A stretch of DNA of 43,052 nucleotides from an uncultured Pseudomonadota bacterium (lineage in GTDB: Bacteria > SAR324 > NAC60-12), in assembly GCA_913020725.1 (NCBI GenBank), contig CAJWCD010000009.1, forward strand, positions 1 through 43,052, in the 5' to 3' direction. Positions 18,163 through 26,662 of this stretch are shown here, piece after piece; positions within the stretch are counted from its first letter, which is position 1; each line of letters opens with the position of its first letter. Made by a program: the position numbers and the translations under genes. A model generated the notes under the pieces. The model had not been told where the DNA came from, did no database searches, and saw nothing but the letters and a program-made list of their open reading frames with translations.

Positions 18163-19467
18163 CTAGCCTTTCACAAGGCTCAGGTGCTGCTTGCGAATTG
18201 GCTCCGCAGCTGCGGGAGCCGTTGAGAGGTCGTGCAACTCGTGGAGGAACTCCAGCAGCAGAGGTTGGTCGTCACGTCCACTGAACTTGCGAAGGGTGTG
18301 GCTGGGCGCATGCAGCAGTTTGTTGAGGATGCGCCGGACCATGCGCTGCACTTCCTCGGCTTCGGCTGCGTCCGGCTTGGTGCGCTTGAGAAAACGCTGC
18401 ACTTCGGTGGCGGCAGTTTGCTCAAAGCTTTCCCGGAGTCCCCGGATGGCGGGCACCACGGAAAGCTCCTGGAACCAATGCCGCACTTGCACCAGTTCTT
18501 CCTCCAACAACTGCTGGGCTTCCTCAGCCTGCTGCAACCGTTCCTCTTGGTTGACCGAAACGACGTTTTGCAAATCGTCGATGTCGTAGCAGTAGGCTCC
18601 GGGCAGGTCATGCACTCCGGGATGGACATCCCTCGGCACCGCGATATCAATGAAGAACATCTGCCGTCCTCGGCGGTTCCGGAGGCAATTCTGCACCGTG
18701 GGCACGTTGATGATCGGTTCTGTCGCTCCGGTGGAGGTGATCACGATGTCGGCATCCGCAAGGTAGCTCTCCAGTTCATGGAACTGAATGGCTGCACCTC
18801 CGTAGCATTCGGCAAGTCTGACTGCGTTTGCAAACGTGCGGTTGACCACCATGAGCCGCCGCAGTCCGTTGCGGACGAGGTACTTGAGCACCAGTTCCGC
18901 CATCTCTCCTGCACCCACCACCAGCACAGAAAGCCCGGACAAATCCTCAAAGATCTGCCGCGCCAACTGGATCGCCACATAGCTGATGGAAACCGCGTTG
19001 CTGGCAATTCCGGTTTCCGAGCGCACACGCTTTGCAGCACGGAACGCCTTGTTGAAAATCGGGTTGAGCAGTTTGCCCGTCCAGCCCACCTCTGCATAAA
19101 ATCGGTAGGCGTCCTTCACCTGCCCGGAAATTTGCGGCTCGCCCAGCACCATTGAATCCAGACTCGACGTGACGCGGAACAAGTGCCGAACTGCCTCGTA
19201 GTCCTCCAAGTAGTAGGCGGTGGCTGCTAACTGCGGCTCGCCAAAATCCTCGACCAGCGTTTTCAGAAGCACCCCGGAAGACCTCTCGCTGCCGGCGCAA
19301 TATAGCTCAAAGCGGTTGCAAGTGCTGAGGATCACCAGTTCGCGCACCCCGTGACGGGTTCGGAGTCGGTCGGCGAGTTCAAGCTGTGCGGTTTCGCCAA
19401 GGCTCAGACGGTCGCGGAGTTCAACGGGCGTTCCGTGAAAGCTCCAGCCAACGAGGCGCAGTTTCAT
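18163..19467 (-). CDS. hemA: Glutamyl-tRNA reductase
   Basis: ILSTCNRFELY, SSLDSMVLGEPQISGQVK, VVGAGEM, DIAVPRD. Start set at MKLRLVG (19467). Confidence 0.97.
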   Translation of the reverse strand: MKLRLVGWSFHGTPVELRDRLSLGETAQLELADRLRTRHGVRELVILSTCNRFELYCAGSERSSGVLLKTLVEDFGEPQLAATAYYLEDYEAVRHLFRVTSSLDSMVLGEPQISGQVKDAYRFYAEVGWTGKLLNPIFNKAFRAAKRVRSETGIASNAVSISYVAIQLARQIFEDLSGLSVLVVGAGEMAELVLKYLVRNGLRRLMVVNRTFANAVRLAECYGGAAIQFHELESYLADADIVITSTGATEPIINVPTVQNCLRNRRGRQMFFIDIAVPRDVHPGVHDLPGAYCYDIDDLQNVVSVNQEERLQQAEEAQQLLEEELVQVRHWFQELSVVPAIRGLRESFEQTAATEVQRFLKRTKPDAAEAEEVQRMVRRILNKLLHAPSHTLRKFSGRDDQPLLLEFLHELHDLSTAPAAAEPIRKQHLSLVKG

Positions 19468-19596
19468 CAGGAGATCGTGCGATACAAGAGAAAGTGAACA
19501 GGTCCGGGAAAAGCATGGACAAGCCAAGGCAAATGCCGTAACTTCTAGCAAGTACCGAGTTTACCGAAATCCCGCTCACGAAACAAGTTTCCCTGC

Positions 19597-20163
19597 ATGT
19601 TGCAGTTCTTCTCACGATGGATTTCCGCGAACCAGCTCACTGCCCTCCGGGTGCTGTTGATTCCGGTAATCATGGCGATGATGGTGATGGGGCCAGAGCA
19701 GTACTGGATGCTGCTGGGGGCGTGGACGGTGTTTTTCTTTGCGTGCATGACCGATTACTGGGACGGGCTGATCGCCCGCTACCAGCGCAAAACCACCAAG
19801 CTCGGTATCCTGCTGGATCCGATTGCCGACAAACTGCTGATCGCCTCACTGCTGATTCTGCTGGTGGAGATGGATCGGTCTCCCGCTCTGCCGGTGATCC
19901 TGCTCATTGCACGAGAAATAGCGGTCACAGGACTGCGGGGAGTGGCGGCAGCGGAAGGCTTGGTGATTGCAGCCAGTTCCGGAGGGAAGACGAAAACCAT
20001 TTCGCAAATGATCGCGGTGGGTTTGCTCATCCTCCACTATGAAGTCTTGTGGATTCCCTGTCATGAGCTAGGCTTGGTGATGCTGTGGGTCGCCACAGTG
20101 ATTTCTTTTTGGAGCGGAATCCGCTATGTTTTAGACTATTACCGGACCCTCCCTGAACCTTGA
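19597..20163 (+). CDS. pgsA: CDP-diacylglycerol--glycerol-3-phosphate 3-phosphatidyltransferase
   Basis: NQLTALRV; TDYWDGLIAR...TKLGILLDPIADK (CDP-alcohol phosphotransferase motif); REIAVTGLR; GKTKT. Confidence 0.93.
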   Translation: MLQFFSRWISANQLTALRVLLIPVIMAMMVMGPEQYWMLLGAWTVFFFACMTDYWDGLIARYQRKTTKLGILLDPIADKLLIASLLILLVEMDRSPALPVILLIAREIAVTGLRGVAAAEGLVIAASSGGKTKTISQMIAVGLLILHYEVLWIPCHELGLVMLWVATVISFWSGIRYVLDYYRTLPEP

Positions 20164-20194
20164 TGCACCCATCACCTCAACCTGAACGCCGACC

Positions 20195-21493
20195 ATGACC
20201 GCGATCACGGACGCCGATCAGATCAAAAAACTTGGAGAGTTCGAGGATCCCCTGACGTTTTTCCCGACCTTGGGAGCGGCGGTGGGAAAACTCATCTCTC
20301 AAGTTCGCAGTCAGGAAAAGAACGCCCCGAAGTCCGCCGTGTTCCGCAAGGCAGCAGAGTTTCGCAAGCAAGCCACGACCACCACGGAACTGGACCATTC
20401 AGGCGGACGACTGGTGGAACTCTCCGGATTCCGAGGAGGTGCCAAACTCGTCCAGCGCCTTCTGGCCACCCCCCGGAATTCCGAAGCCCGACTGATTCTG
20501 GTCAAGCACGCCCTCAAGCATCCAGAGACAGACAACCCGCTCATCTTCCGGGACGCGCTTGCCCTCTGTTTCTTGGAGATCGAATTGGGGGTTCTCAACG
20601 CCGATAACCTGCGGTTGGCGCAACTCATTCAGCGGCGTTACCTGGGAAGCCTCATCTTGGCCCTCGAAGATATTGTAAGCCACGAGGCAGCGGCTTCTGG
20701 AGAAGGTTCGACTCAGCGCAAAGGCATCTGGTACCTCAAGGAAATCGCCAAGAACATCAAGCTCCGGTCCCTTGACAGCGACTTTGTCATTGACCTCCCC
20801 AGCGTACTGGAGACCGGACGTCTCCGCCGGGATGATGTGGTCCGGAAGTTTGGGGGACTCGCCGAGGTGCTGGGAAACCTGCCGCTAGCCAAGCACTGCC
20901 ATGAGCGCATGCATGGTATTCTTGAGAAGGTTCACAAGCAACTCCCCATCGCCGGTTGCCATCGGAGCATCCTGCTCCGCAAGAACGTCCGCCTACAAAT
21001 GATCGCGTTCACCGCAGGTCAGCGGGAACTGGAATCCCAGATTTCCGAACAGATGGAAACGGCAATGTCGCTTCTCAAGCAGTCTCTGAAACTGCTGGGA
21101 CACACGGGAACCCGACAGGAGCTAGCCGTCTGTGTCCGTGAGTTTGGCTTGCTCACGCAGACCTTCCACCAGTACATGCCAAGGCTTGGACACCAGTTGA
21201 CCCGTAGCCACACCTCCAATCTTGAAATGGCGATTGGGTTGCTGCGCAAGATCGCCGGGGAACGCGGCATCCCGGAACTGCAGCAAAAACTGGTCAAGAG
21301 CCTAGATGAACTGAAGGTGCCTGGGGAAGTCGCGGATGAAGAAAAAGCCGATGAGGAAAAAGCCGATGAGGAACCCGTCAATAAGTTTTTTGATAAAGAG
21401 GTTCCGGAGGATCAAAGCTTCCGCTCGGATCATGACGAATCTGGAAACAAACGCCCCAGCTTCTTCGAGAAACAGCTTCCCAAAGACCTGTAA
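20195..21493 (+). CDS. Uncharacterised alpha-helical protein, paralogue of 26663..27955
   Basis: 432-aa ORF; aligns by eye to 26663..27955 (see findings); acidic C-terminal tail. Confidence 0.8.
   Translation: MTAITDADQIKKLGEFEDPLTFFPTLGAAVGKLISQVRSQEKNAPKSAVFRKAAEFRKQATTTTELDHSGGRLVELSGFRGGAKLVQRLLATPRNSEARLILVKHALKHPETDNPLIFRDALALCFLEIELGVLNADNLRLAQLIQRRYLGSLILALEDIVSHEAAASGEGSTQRKGIWYLKEIAKNIKLRSLDSDFVIDLPSVLETGRLRRDDVVRKFGGLAEVLGNLPLAKHCHERMHGILEKVHKQLPIAGCHRSILLRKNVRLQMIAFTAGQRELESQISEQMETAMSLLKQSLKLLGHTGTRQELAVCVREFGLLTQTFHQYMPRLGHQLTRSHTSNLEMAIGLLRKIAGERGIPELQQKLVKSLDELKVPGEVADEEKADEEKADEEPVNKFFDKEVPEDQSFRSDHDESGNKRPSFFEKQLPKDL
21332..21373 (+). repeat. In-frame 15-bp tandem repeat, ~2.8 copies, encoding ADEEK-ADEEK-ADEE
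   Basis: GCGGATGAAGAAAAA GCCGATGAGGAAAAA GCCGATGAGGAA. Confidence 0.9.
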
Positions 21494-21595
21494 CTCTGAG
21501 TGCTACAGGTGGCCTGTCACTCCCATCGGCCTCTGGGTTTGTCGGTTCCCCACTCGACAAGGATGTGCTAGAGTGATTCAAGAACTGGAAACGCC

Positions 21596-22360
21596 ATGCC
21601 TCGCGCCTACCCTCAAAAATCGGAAGCGGTTTACCTCTTCGGCACCTGCCTGATTGACCTCACCTATCCCGATGCGGGAATAGCCGCGATTCGGATGGTC
21701 GAGCGCGAGGGAGTGCGTGTAATTTTTCCGCAAGACCAAACCTGCTGCGGACAACCCGCCTACAACTCCGGATTCTCGGAAGAGGCGCGTCGGGTGGCTT
21801 GGCAGCAAGTTCAAACCTTCAGCAAGCCCCATCCCATCCTTGTGCCCTCCGGATCGTGTGGAGGCATGATGAGCAAGCACTACGAGCATCTTTTTCACGA
21901 CGACCCGCGACTCCCGGAAGTGCAGCGATTTTCGGAGCGTATTTTCGAGTGGTCAGAATTCATGATCAACGTCCTCAAGGTGGAATTGGAGGATCACGGC
22001 CCGCCAATCCGGGTGACGTGGCACACTTCGTGTCATGCCAAACGCGAAATGGGATTGGGCGACGAACCTAAACAACTGCTGCGGCAACTCCGAAATGTTG
22101 AGTTGCTCGAACTTGAACGAGAGTACGAGTGCTGCGGATTCGGTGGCACCTTTGCCGTCAAGCATCCGCAACTGTCCGCAGCAATGGTGCAGGACAAGGT
22201 GACGGATGTCTGCAACACCGGGGCAGAGTGCCTGCTCAGCGCGGACTGCGGCTGCCTCATGAACATCGCCGGAGCCATTGAGCACGAAGGGCACCCGGTG
22301 CAATCGAAGCACCTCGCGCACTTTCTTTGGGAACGCACCTCAAACCAAGGAACCCTATGA
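21596..22360 (+). CDS. lutA: L-lactate utilisation protein A (LldE/YkgE family, CCG domains)
   Basis: LFGTCLIDL, QTCCGQPAYNSG, SGSCGGM, HTSCH, ECCGFGGTFAVK, DCGCLMNI. Confidence 0.9.
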   Translation: MPRAYPQKSEAVYLFGTCLIDLTYPDAGIAAIRMVEREGVRVIFPQDQTCCGQPAYNSGFSEEARRVAWQQVQTFSKPHPILVPSGSCGGMMSKHYEHLFHDDPRLPEVQRFSERIFEWSEFMINVLKVELEDHGPPIRVTWHTSCHAKREMGLGDEPKQLLRQLRNVELLELEREYECCGFGGTFAVKHPQLSAAMVQDKVTDVCNTGAECLLSADCGCLMNIAGAIEHEGHPVQSKHLAHFLWERTSNQGTL

Positions 22361-22572
22361 GTTCCACGGAACTGGTGGAAGCTATCCAGCACCTCCCGTT
22401 TGAGCAAAAGCAGGAATTGCATGGCTTGATTTCACGCTACCTGATCGAGGAACGCCGGGAGGAGATTCTGGAGAACTATCAACTCAGCATGAAGGAACTG
22501 GAATCAGGCATCCTGACTTTTACCGATGATCTCAGCAAACTCCGAGAAAAAATGACCATCAATGGAGATTGA
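22357..22572 (+). CDS. Putative type II antitoxin (71 aa)
   Basis: ATG overlaps the lutA stop (ATGA); small acidic helical protein MSSTELVEAIQHLPFEQKQEL...EERREEI; its 3' end overlaps the toxin start. Confidence 0.72.
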   Translation: MSSTELVEAIQHLPFEQKQELHGLISRYLIEERREEILENYQLSMKELESGILTFTDDLSKLREKMTINGD

Positions 22573-22834
22573 GTTCAGCAGTTCCTTCAGGCGTTCTTTC
22601 AGAAAGCAAACCCGGAAACACGCACAACTTGAAGCTTCCTTCTGGGAACAACTGGAGCTTTTCATTGAGAATCTCTTTCATCCAGCTCTGCGCACCCATC
22701 GTCTCTCAGGAAAATTGAAAGGTCTTTGGAGTTTCAGCATCCGTTACGATATGCGAGTTGTATCCACCTTTCTGGAAGAAAAACCCAAACGAGCCTTGCT
22801 GATCGTCATGGGCACACACGACGAAGTTTACTGA
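22562..22834 (+). CDS. RelE/YafQ-family mRNA interferase toxin
   Basis: 90 aa; FSSSFRRSFRK, LRTHRLSGKLKGLWSFSI, C-terminal GTHDEVY typical of YafQ/RelE-StbE-like toxins. Confidence 0.88.
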   Translation: MEIEFSSSFRRSFRKQTRKHAQLEASFWEQLELFIENLFHPALRTHRLSGKLKGLWSFSIRYDMRVVSTFLEEKPKRALLIVMGTHDEVY

Positions 22835-22844
22835 CCAAATTTTT

Positions 22845-24278
22845 ATGCACGAACCTTCCGCAACCGTCTTCGCGCAAGAATCCGCCGACGCCCTAGCGAA
22901 TCCGCAACTGCGGCGCAATTTTCGGCGAGCGATGGACGGGTTGATGGCAAAACGCCGCGACCAGTTCCCCGTTCCGGAAGACACTGAGAGCCTGCGTGAG
23001 TTAGCGCGACGCATCCGCAAGAACGCCCTCCGCAAGCTCCCAGAATTGCTGGAACAACTGGAAGCAAATTGTCAGCAAAACGGCATTCAGGTTCATTGGG
23101 CGGAAACCGTGGAGGACGCCAACCGCATTGTGCTGATGATTGCCCAACGGCATCAGGCGCGGTCTTTCGTCAAGGGGAAGTCAATGGTCACGGAGGAGAT
23201 GGAGTTGAACCACTTCTTGGAGGCCCACGGCATCGAGTGCTTGGAATCCGACCTTGGCGAGTACATCGTGCAGCTCAATCAGGAGCTGCCTTCGCACATC
23301 ATCATGCCCGCGATCCACCTCAACAAGGGGCAGATTTCAGATTTGTTTCAGGAGAAAGGTGTGAGTCCGGAACGCACGGAAAGCGCGGATGAGATGACCG
23401 CTCTCGCCCGCGAGGTGCTGCGCCGCAAGTTTCACGACGCGCACCTCGGCATTTCCGGAGTCAACTTCGCGGTCGCCGAAACGGGCACGCTCTGCTTGGT
23501 GGAGAACGAGGGTAACGGGCGTTTCTGCACCACGCTGCCGCCGGTGCATATCGCGCTGATGGGCATTGAGAAAGTCGTGGAACGGTTGGAGGAGGTGCCG
23601 CCGCTGCTGAGTCTGCTGACACGCTCAGCGACCGGTCAGCCAATCACGACCTACTTCAACATGATCACCTCTAACCGCAAGGCAGGTGAGTTGGACGGGC
23701 CACAAGAGGTGCATTTGGTGCTGCTGGACAATGGGCGTTCGCAGATGTACCAGGACGACCTGCTGCAAGACACGCTGATGTGCATCCGCTGCGGCGCGTG
23801 CCTGAACCACTGTCCGGTTTACGCCCGCATTGGCGGACACGCTTACCGCTCCGTTTATCCCGGACCCATCGGCAAAATCCTCGCCCCACAGATGAAAGGC
23901 TTGCAGCAAGCGGGACACCTTGCCTCCGCATCCAGCCTCTGCGGCGCGTGTGTCGAGGTCTGCCCCGTCAAGATTCCGATCACCAACATTCTCCTCAAAC
24001 TGCGTGAGCAGAAATCTGCCGCAGGGCTCCGGGAATCAGCGACTTCTGCAAAGGGGTTGAAAGCACGGACGGAGCTGTGGCTTTGGAAAGGCTGGGCACA
24101 GATTTTCAGCCACCCCGGGCTCTATCGACTCAAGGCCAAGGCGATCACCCGCATGGGCAATGCCGTGCCTGCCAACGCTCCCATTCTGAAGGCGTGGACC
24201 TCTGTGCGCAGCAAGCCGAGCTTTGCCCCCAAATCGCTCCACGAACTCACCCAAGACGCAGGGATTCCGGATGCCTGA
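22845..24278 (+). CDS. lutB: L-lactate utilisation iron-sulfur protein B (LldF/YkgF family)
   Basis: VKGKSMVTEE, ESDLGEYIVQL, PSHIIMPAIH, ENEGNGR, CIRCGACLNHCPVY, SSLCGACVEVCPVKIP. Confidence 0.95.
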   Translation: MHEPSATVFAQESADALANPQLRRNFRRAMDGLMAKRRDQFPVPEDTESLRELARRIRKNALRKLPELLEQLEANCQQNGIQVHWAETVEDANRIVLMIAQRHQARSFVKGKSMVTEEMELNHFLEAHGIECLESDLGEYIVQLNQELPSHIIMPAIHLNKGQISDLFQEKGVSPERTESADEMTALAREVLRRKFHDAHLGISGVNFAVAETGTLCLVENEGNGRFCTTLPPVHIALMGIEKVVERLEEVPPLLSLLTRSATGQPITTYFNMITSNRKAGELDGPQEVHLVLLDNGRSQMYQDDLLQDTLMCIRCGACLNHCPVYARIGGHAYRSVYPGPIGKILAPQMKGLQQAGHLASASSLCGACVEVCPVKIPITNILLKLREQKSAAGLRESATSAKGLKARTELWLWKGWAQIFSHPGLYRLKAKAITRMGNAVPANAPILKAWTSVRSKPSFAPKSLHELTQDAGIPDA

Positions 24279-24978
24279 CACCACCGAACCCACGCCCTAC
24301 GAAACCCTCACGCGCAGCAACATTCTCCAGCGCCTCAAGCGGCGGACCGTGCGCGAGGCTCCGGAGCGGCTGAATTACGGGGTGATCGAGTCTAAACAGT
24401 GGGAGCCGCGAGAGCGAGCCCGGAGGGTGCAGGAATTGCTGACAGCCGTTCATGCCGAGGTGGTCGAATGCACCGAGCGGAGCTTTGGGAAAGTCTTCCG
24501 TGGGGTGGTTGCCGATCAGGGAATCCAACGGTTGCTGGTTGGTTCCGGATCAAAACTGGAGGCCAAGCTAGGGTCTTTGAAAAAACGCACGCCCCAAATG
24601 ATTCCGGAACTAGTGCCCTACGCCGAACCGCTTGAGCAGTCCAAGGATTTGCTCTTCGGAATTGAGGCAGGAATCACCTCTGTGCGCAGCGGCATTGCCG
24701 AAACCGGAACTCTGGTCGTTTGGCCGACGCCACAGGAGCCGCGCTTGCTCTCGTTGGTGCCGCCGCTGCATCTCGCGGTGCTGTACGCCTCGACGATCCA
24801 CAATACTTTTTTGGAAGCCATGACCCGCGAATGCTGGTCCCAGGCAATGCCGACCAACGCGCTGCTCATCTCCGGGCCATCAAAAACCGCCGACATCGAG
24901 CAAACGCTGGTGTACGGGGTGCATGGTCCCAAACAACTGGTGCTTTTCCTGATTGACGATCTCCGGACAAAAACATGA
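24271..24978 (+). CDS. lutC: L-lactate utilisation protein C (LUD domain, LldG/YkgG family)
   Basis: GIAETGTLV, RLLSLVPPLH, ISGPSKTADIEQTLVYGVHGP; ATG 24271 overlaps the end of lutB. Confidence 0.92.
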   Translation: MPDTTEPTPYETLTRSNILQRLKRRTVREAPERLNYGVIESKQWEPRERARRVQELLTAVHAEVVECTERSFGKVFRGVVADQGIQRLLVGSGSKLEAKLGSLKKRTPQMIPELVPYAEPLEQSKDLLFGIEAGITSVRSGIAETGTLVVWPTPQEPRLLSLVPPLHLAVLYASTIHNTFLEAMTRECWSQAMPTNALLISGPSKTADIEQTLVYGVHGPKQLVLFLIDDLRTKT

Positions 24979-25253
24979 TGACCACAACCGAACCTCAACC
25001 CATATCCCCCGCAGACGAGGCGGGGCAAACCTCCACAGACGAGCTCTTGAGTCGGAACGCTGAGCGCGTTCGCTTCATGATCTTGGTGTACTGGATTCTG
25101 TGGAATCTGGGGGTTGATGTGTTTCTCGTGATGCCACTTGTGCGGCTCACGAGTTTCACACAACACTACCCTCTACTCTTCTCGAATCTCATCCTCTCCG
25201 CAGCAGCAGCATTGTGGCTTTGGAGAAGAGCGGGTGCTGGCGTAGTGGACTAA
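24975..25253 (+). CDS. Small two-TM membrane protein
   Basis: ATGA overlap with the lutC stop; two hydrophobic segments (FMILVYWILWNLGVDVFLVMPLV; PLLFSNLILSAAAALWLW). Confidence 0.65.
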   Translation: MMTTTEPQPISPADEAGQTSTDELLSRNAERVRFMILVYWILWNLGVDVFLVMPLVRLTSFTQHYPLLFSNLILSAAAALWLWRRAGAGVVD

Positions 25254-25372
25254 GCGGAAGGGGTTTTCTTGCCGTGCGGGTCGAATATGTAGTAAAGCCA
25301 ACCCAGTACGAAGGGCAGCACAACCACAAGGCCGATGATGAGCAGGGTGAGCTTGAGAGATAACACAGTCAT
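25250..25372 (-). CDS. Small single-TM protein (40 aa; not in the ORF track)
   Basis: AAAGGAG SD 7 nt before the ATG; MTVLSLKLTLLIIGLVVVLPFVLGWLYYIFDPHGKKTPSA; stop overlaps the stop of the convergent gene. Confidence 0.65.
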   Translation of the reverse strand: MTVLSLKLTLLIIGLVVVLPFVLGWLYYIFDPHGKKTPSA

Positions 25373-25502
25373 GGAACAACTCCTTTGGAAGTGCGTAAGA
25401 CGATCAACGGGCCTTGGCCTGCTTGATCACACATGCAAGCAACATGATATGGGAAGACGTCTGTCATTTCAACCCCTTCTTTCCCCACTACTGAAATTGA
25501 TC

Positions 25503-26654
25503 GTGCCCTTGTCGATCCGAATCCCCAAAGCACACCACCTGCGTCTGCTGTGCGCGATTCTGCTCGTGTGCGCGAGTACTCACGCCCTAGCGGGGCGTGT
25601 TTTGGTCAGCACCTCCAAACCTGTTGGCGAGGTACCCCGGACGCTCGTGACCCTGTTGGGCAACCGCCTTCAGGAAATCGCCATTGGCGATGCAGACCTG
25701 CTGTCCCCAAGGTTGCTGCGTCCGCTGGAAATGGAGGGTTTTTCCTCGGCGGATCCGGATGATTGTACTTCCGCACACTGTGATCGTGTCTTCCGGGAGC
25801 ATTTCTACACACTCCATCTGCTCTACGAGGCTTCGGACCTGTTGTTGCTGCAAATCGTCACTGAGCAACAAACCACACAACTCCGGCTCAAGCGCGTGCG
25901 TATGGACGAACCGATGATTGCCACCGCGCTGGCAACGGAAATGTGTGTGGCTTGCACAACCCCGGAACTGCTCACTCGGCTCGTCCCGCTCTTCAACAAA
26001 GTCTGGGGCACACCGCTGGAAATCCCAACCGTTGCGGAACCGGAAACCCCGCCCGCAGAACCCAAACCGCCCGCTCCAGGAAAACCCACTGCGGAGGAGC
26101 CTGTTGCCACACCACGAGAAACCTTGGCCGAGGAACAGCCACTTCCGGATGAAGCGGACACTCCTACATCGGAAACAGTGGAGGACACTCATCCAGAATC
26201 TCCGACCCGTGATCTAACAAAGGAATTGCTGGAAGAGTTGGAGCAGGGAACCACCGAACTGCCCCTTGATGAGGAAGTTTCTCAAGACGAGTACGCAGAG
26301 AAACTCCGTCCGGAAGCCGACACAGAAACGTTCGAAAAGCTGTTTGAGCACCCCGCTCCGGACCCCTATGACGTGGCGGCTGCAGAGTACAACCAGCACC
26401 TGATGACTATGCTCCAAGACGTGAGTTACGCTCTGCAAGTTTACCAGACGGGCATGAAAGTTCTGGTCGAACTCGAAATTGGCGCAAAGGGTGAATTGCT
26501 CAATCAACGGCTGCTTGAATCCAGCGGACTGGAGGATTTTGACCAGTTGGCACTTGAACAGGTTGAATTCATGCAGTTTTCACCACTTCCAGAACCCATG
26601 GTGGAATTCGCTCCCCATGTGGTTCATGTTTACTTGCAAAACTCCTCCCGTTAG
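25503..26654 (+). CDS. Exported protein with Cys-containing N-terminal domain, Pro/Glu linker and TonB/TolA-like C-terminal domain (start uncertain)
   Basis: Signal-like LLCAILLVCASTHALA; DDCTSAHC and MCVAC; P/E/T-rich linker; VLVELEIGAKGELLNQRLLESSGLEDFDQLALEQV...FSPLP is a TonB_C/TolA-C pattern. Confidence 0.72.
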   Translation: MPLSIRIPKAHHLRLLCAILLVCASTHALAGRVLVSTSKPVGEVPRTLVTLLGNRLQEIAIGDADLLSPRLLRPLEMEGFSSADPDDCTSAHCDRVFREHFYTLHLLYEASDLLLLQIVTEQQTTQLRLKRVRMDEPMIATALATEMCVACTTPELLTRLVPLFNKVWGTPLEIPTVAEPETPPAEPKPPAPGKPTAEEPVATPRETLAEEQPLPDEADTPTSETVEDTHPESPTRDLTKELLEELEQGTTELPLDEEVSQDEYAEKLRPEADTETFEKLFEHPAPDPYDVAAAEYNQHLMTMLQDVSYALQVYQTGMKVLVELEIGAKGELLNQRLLESSGLEDFDQLALEQVEFMQFSPLPEPMVEFAPHVVHVYLQNSSR

Positions 26655-26662
26655 TGATTGGC

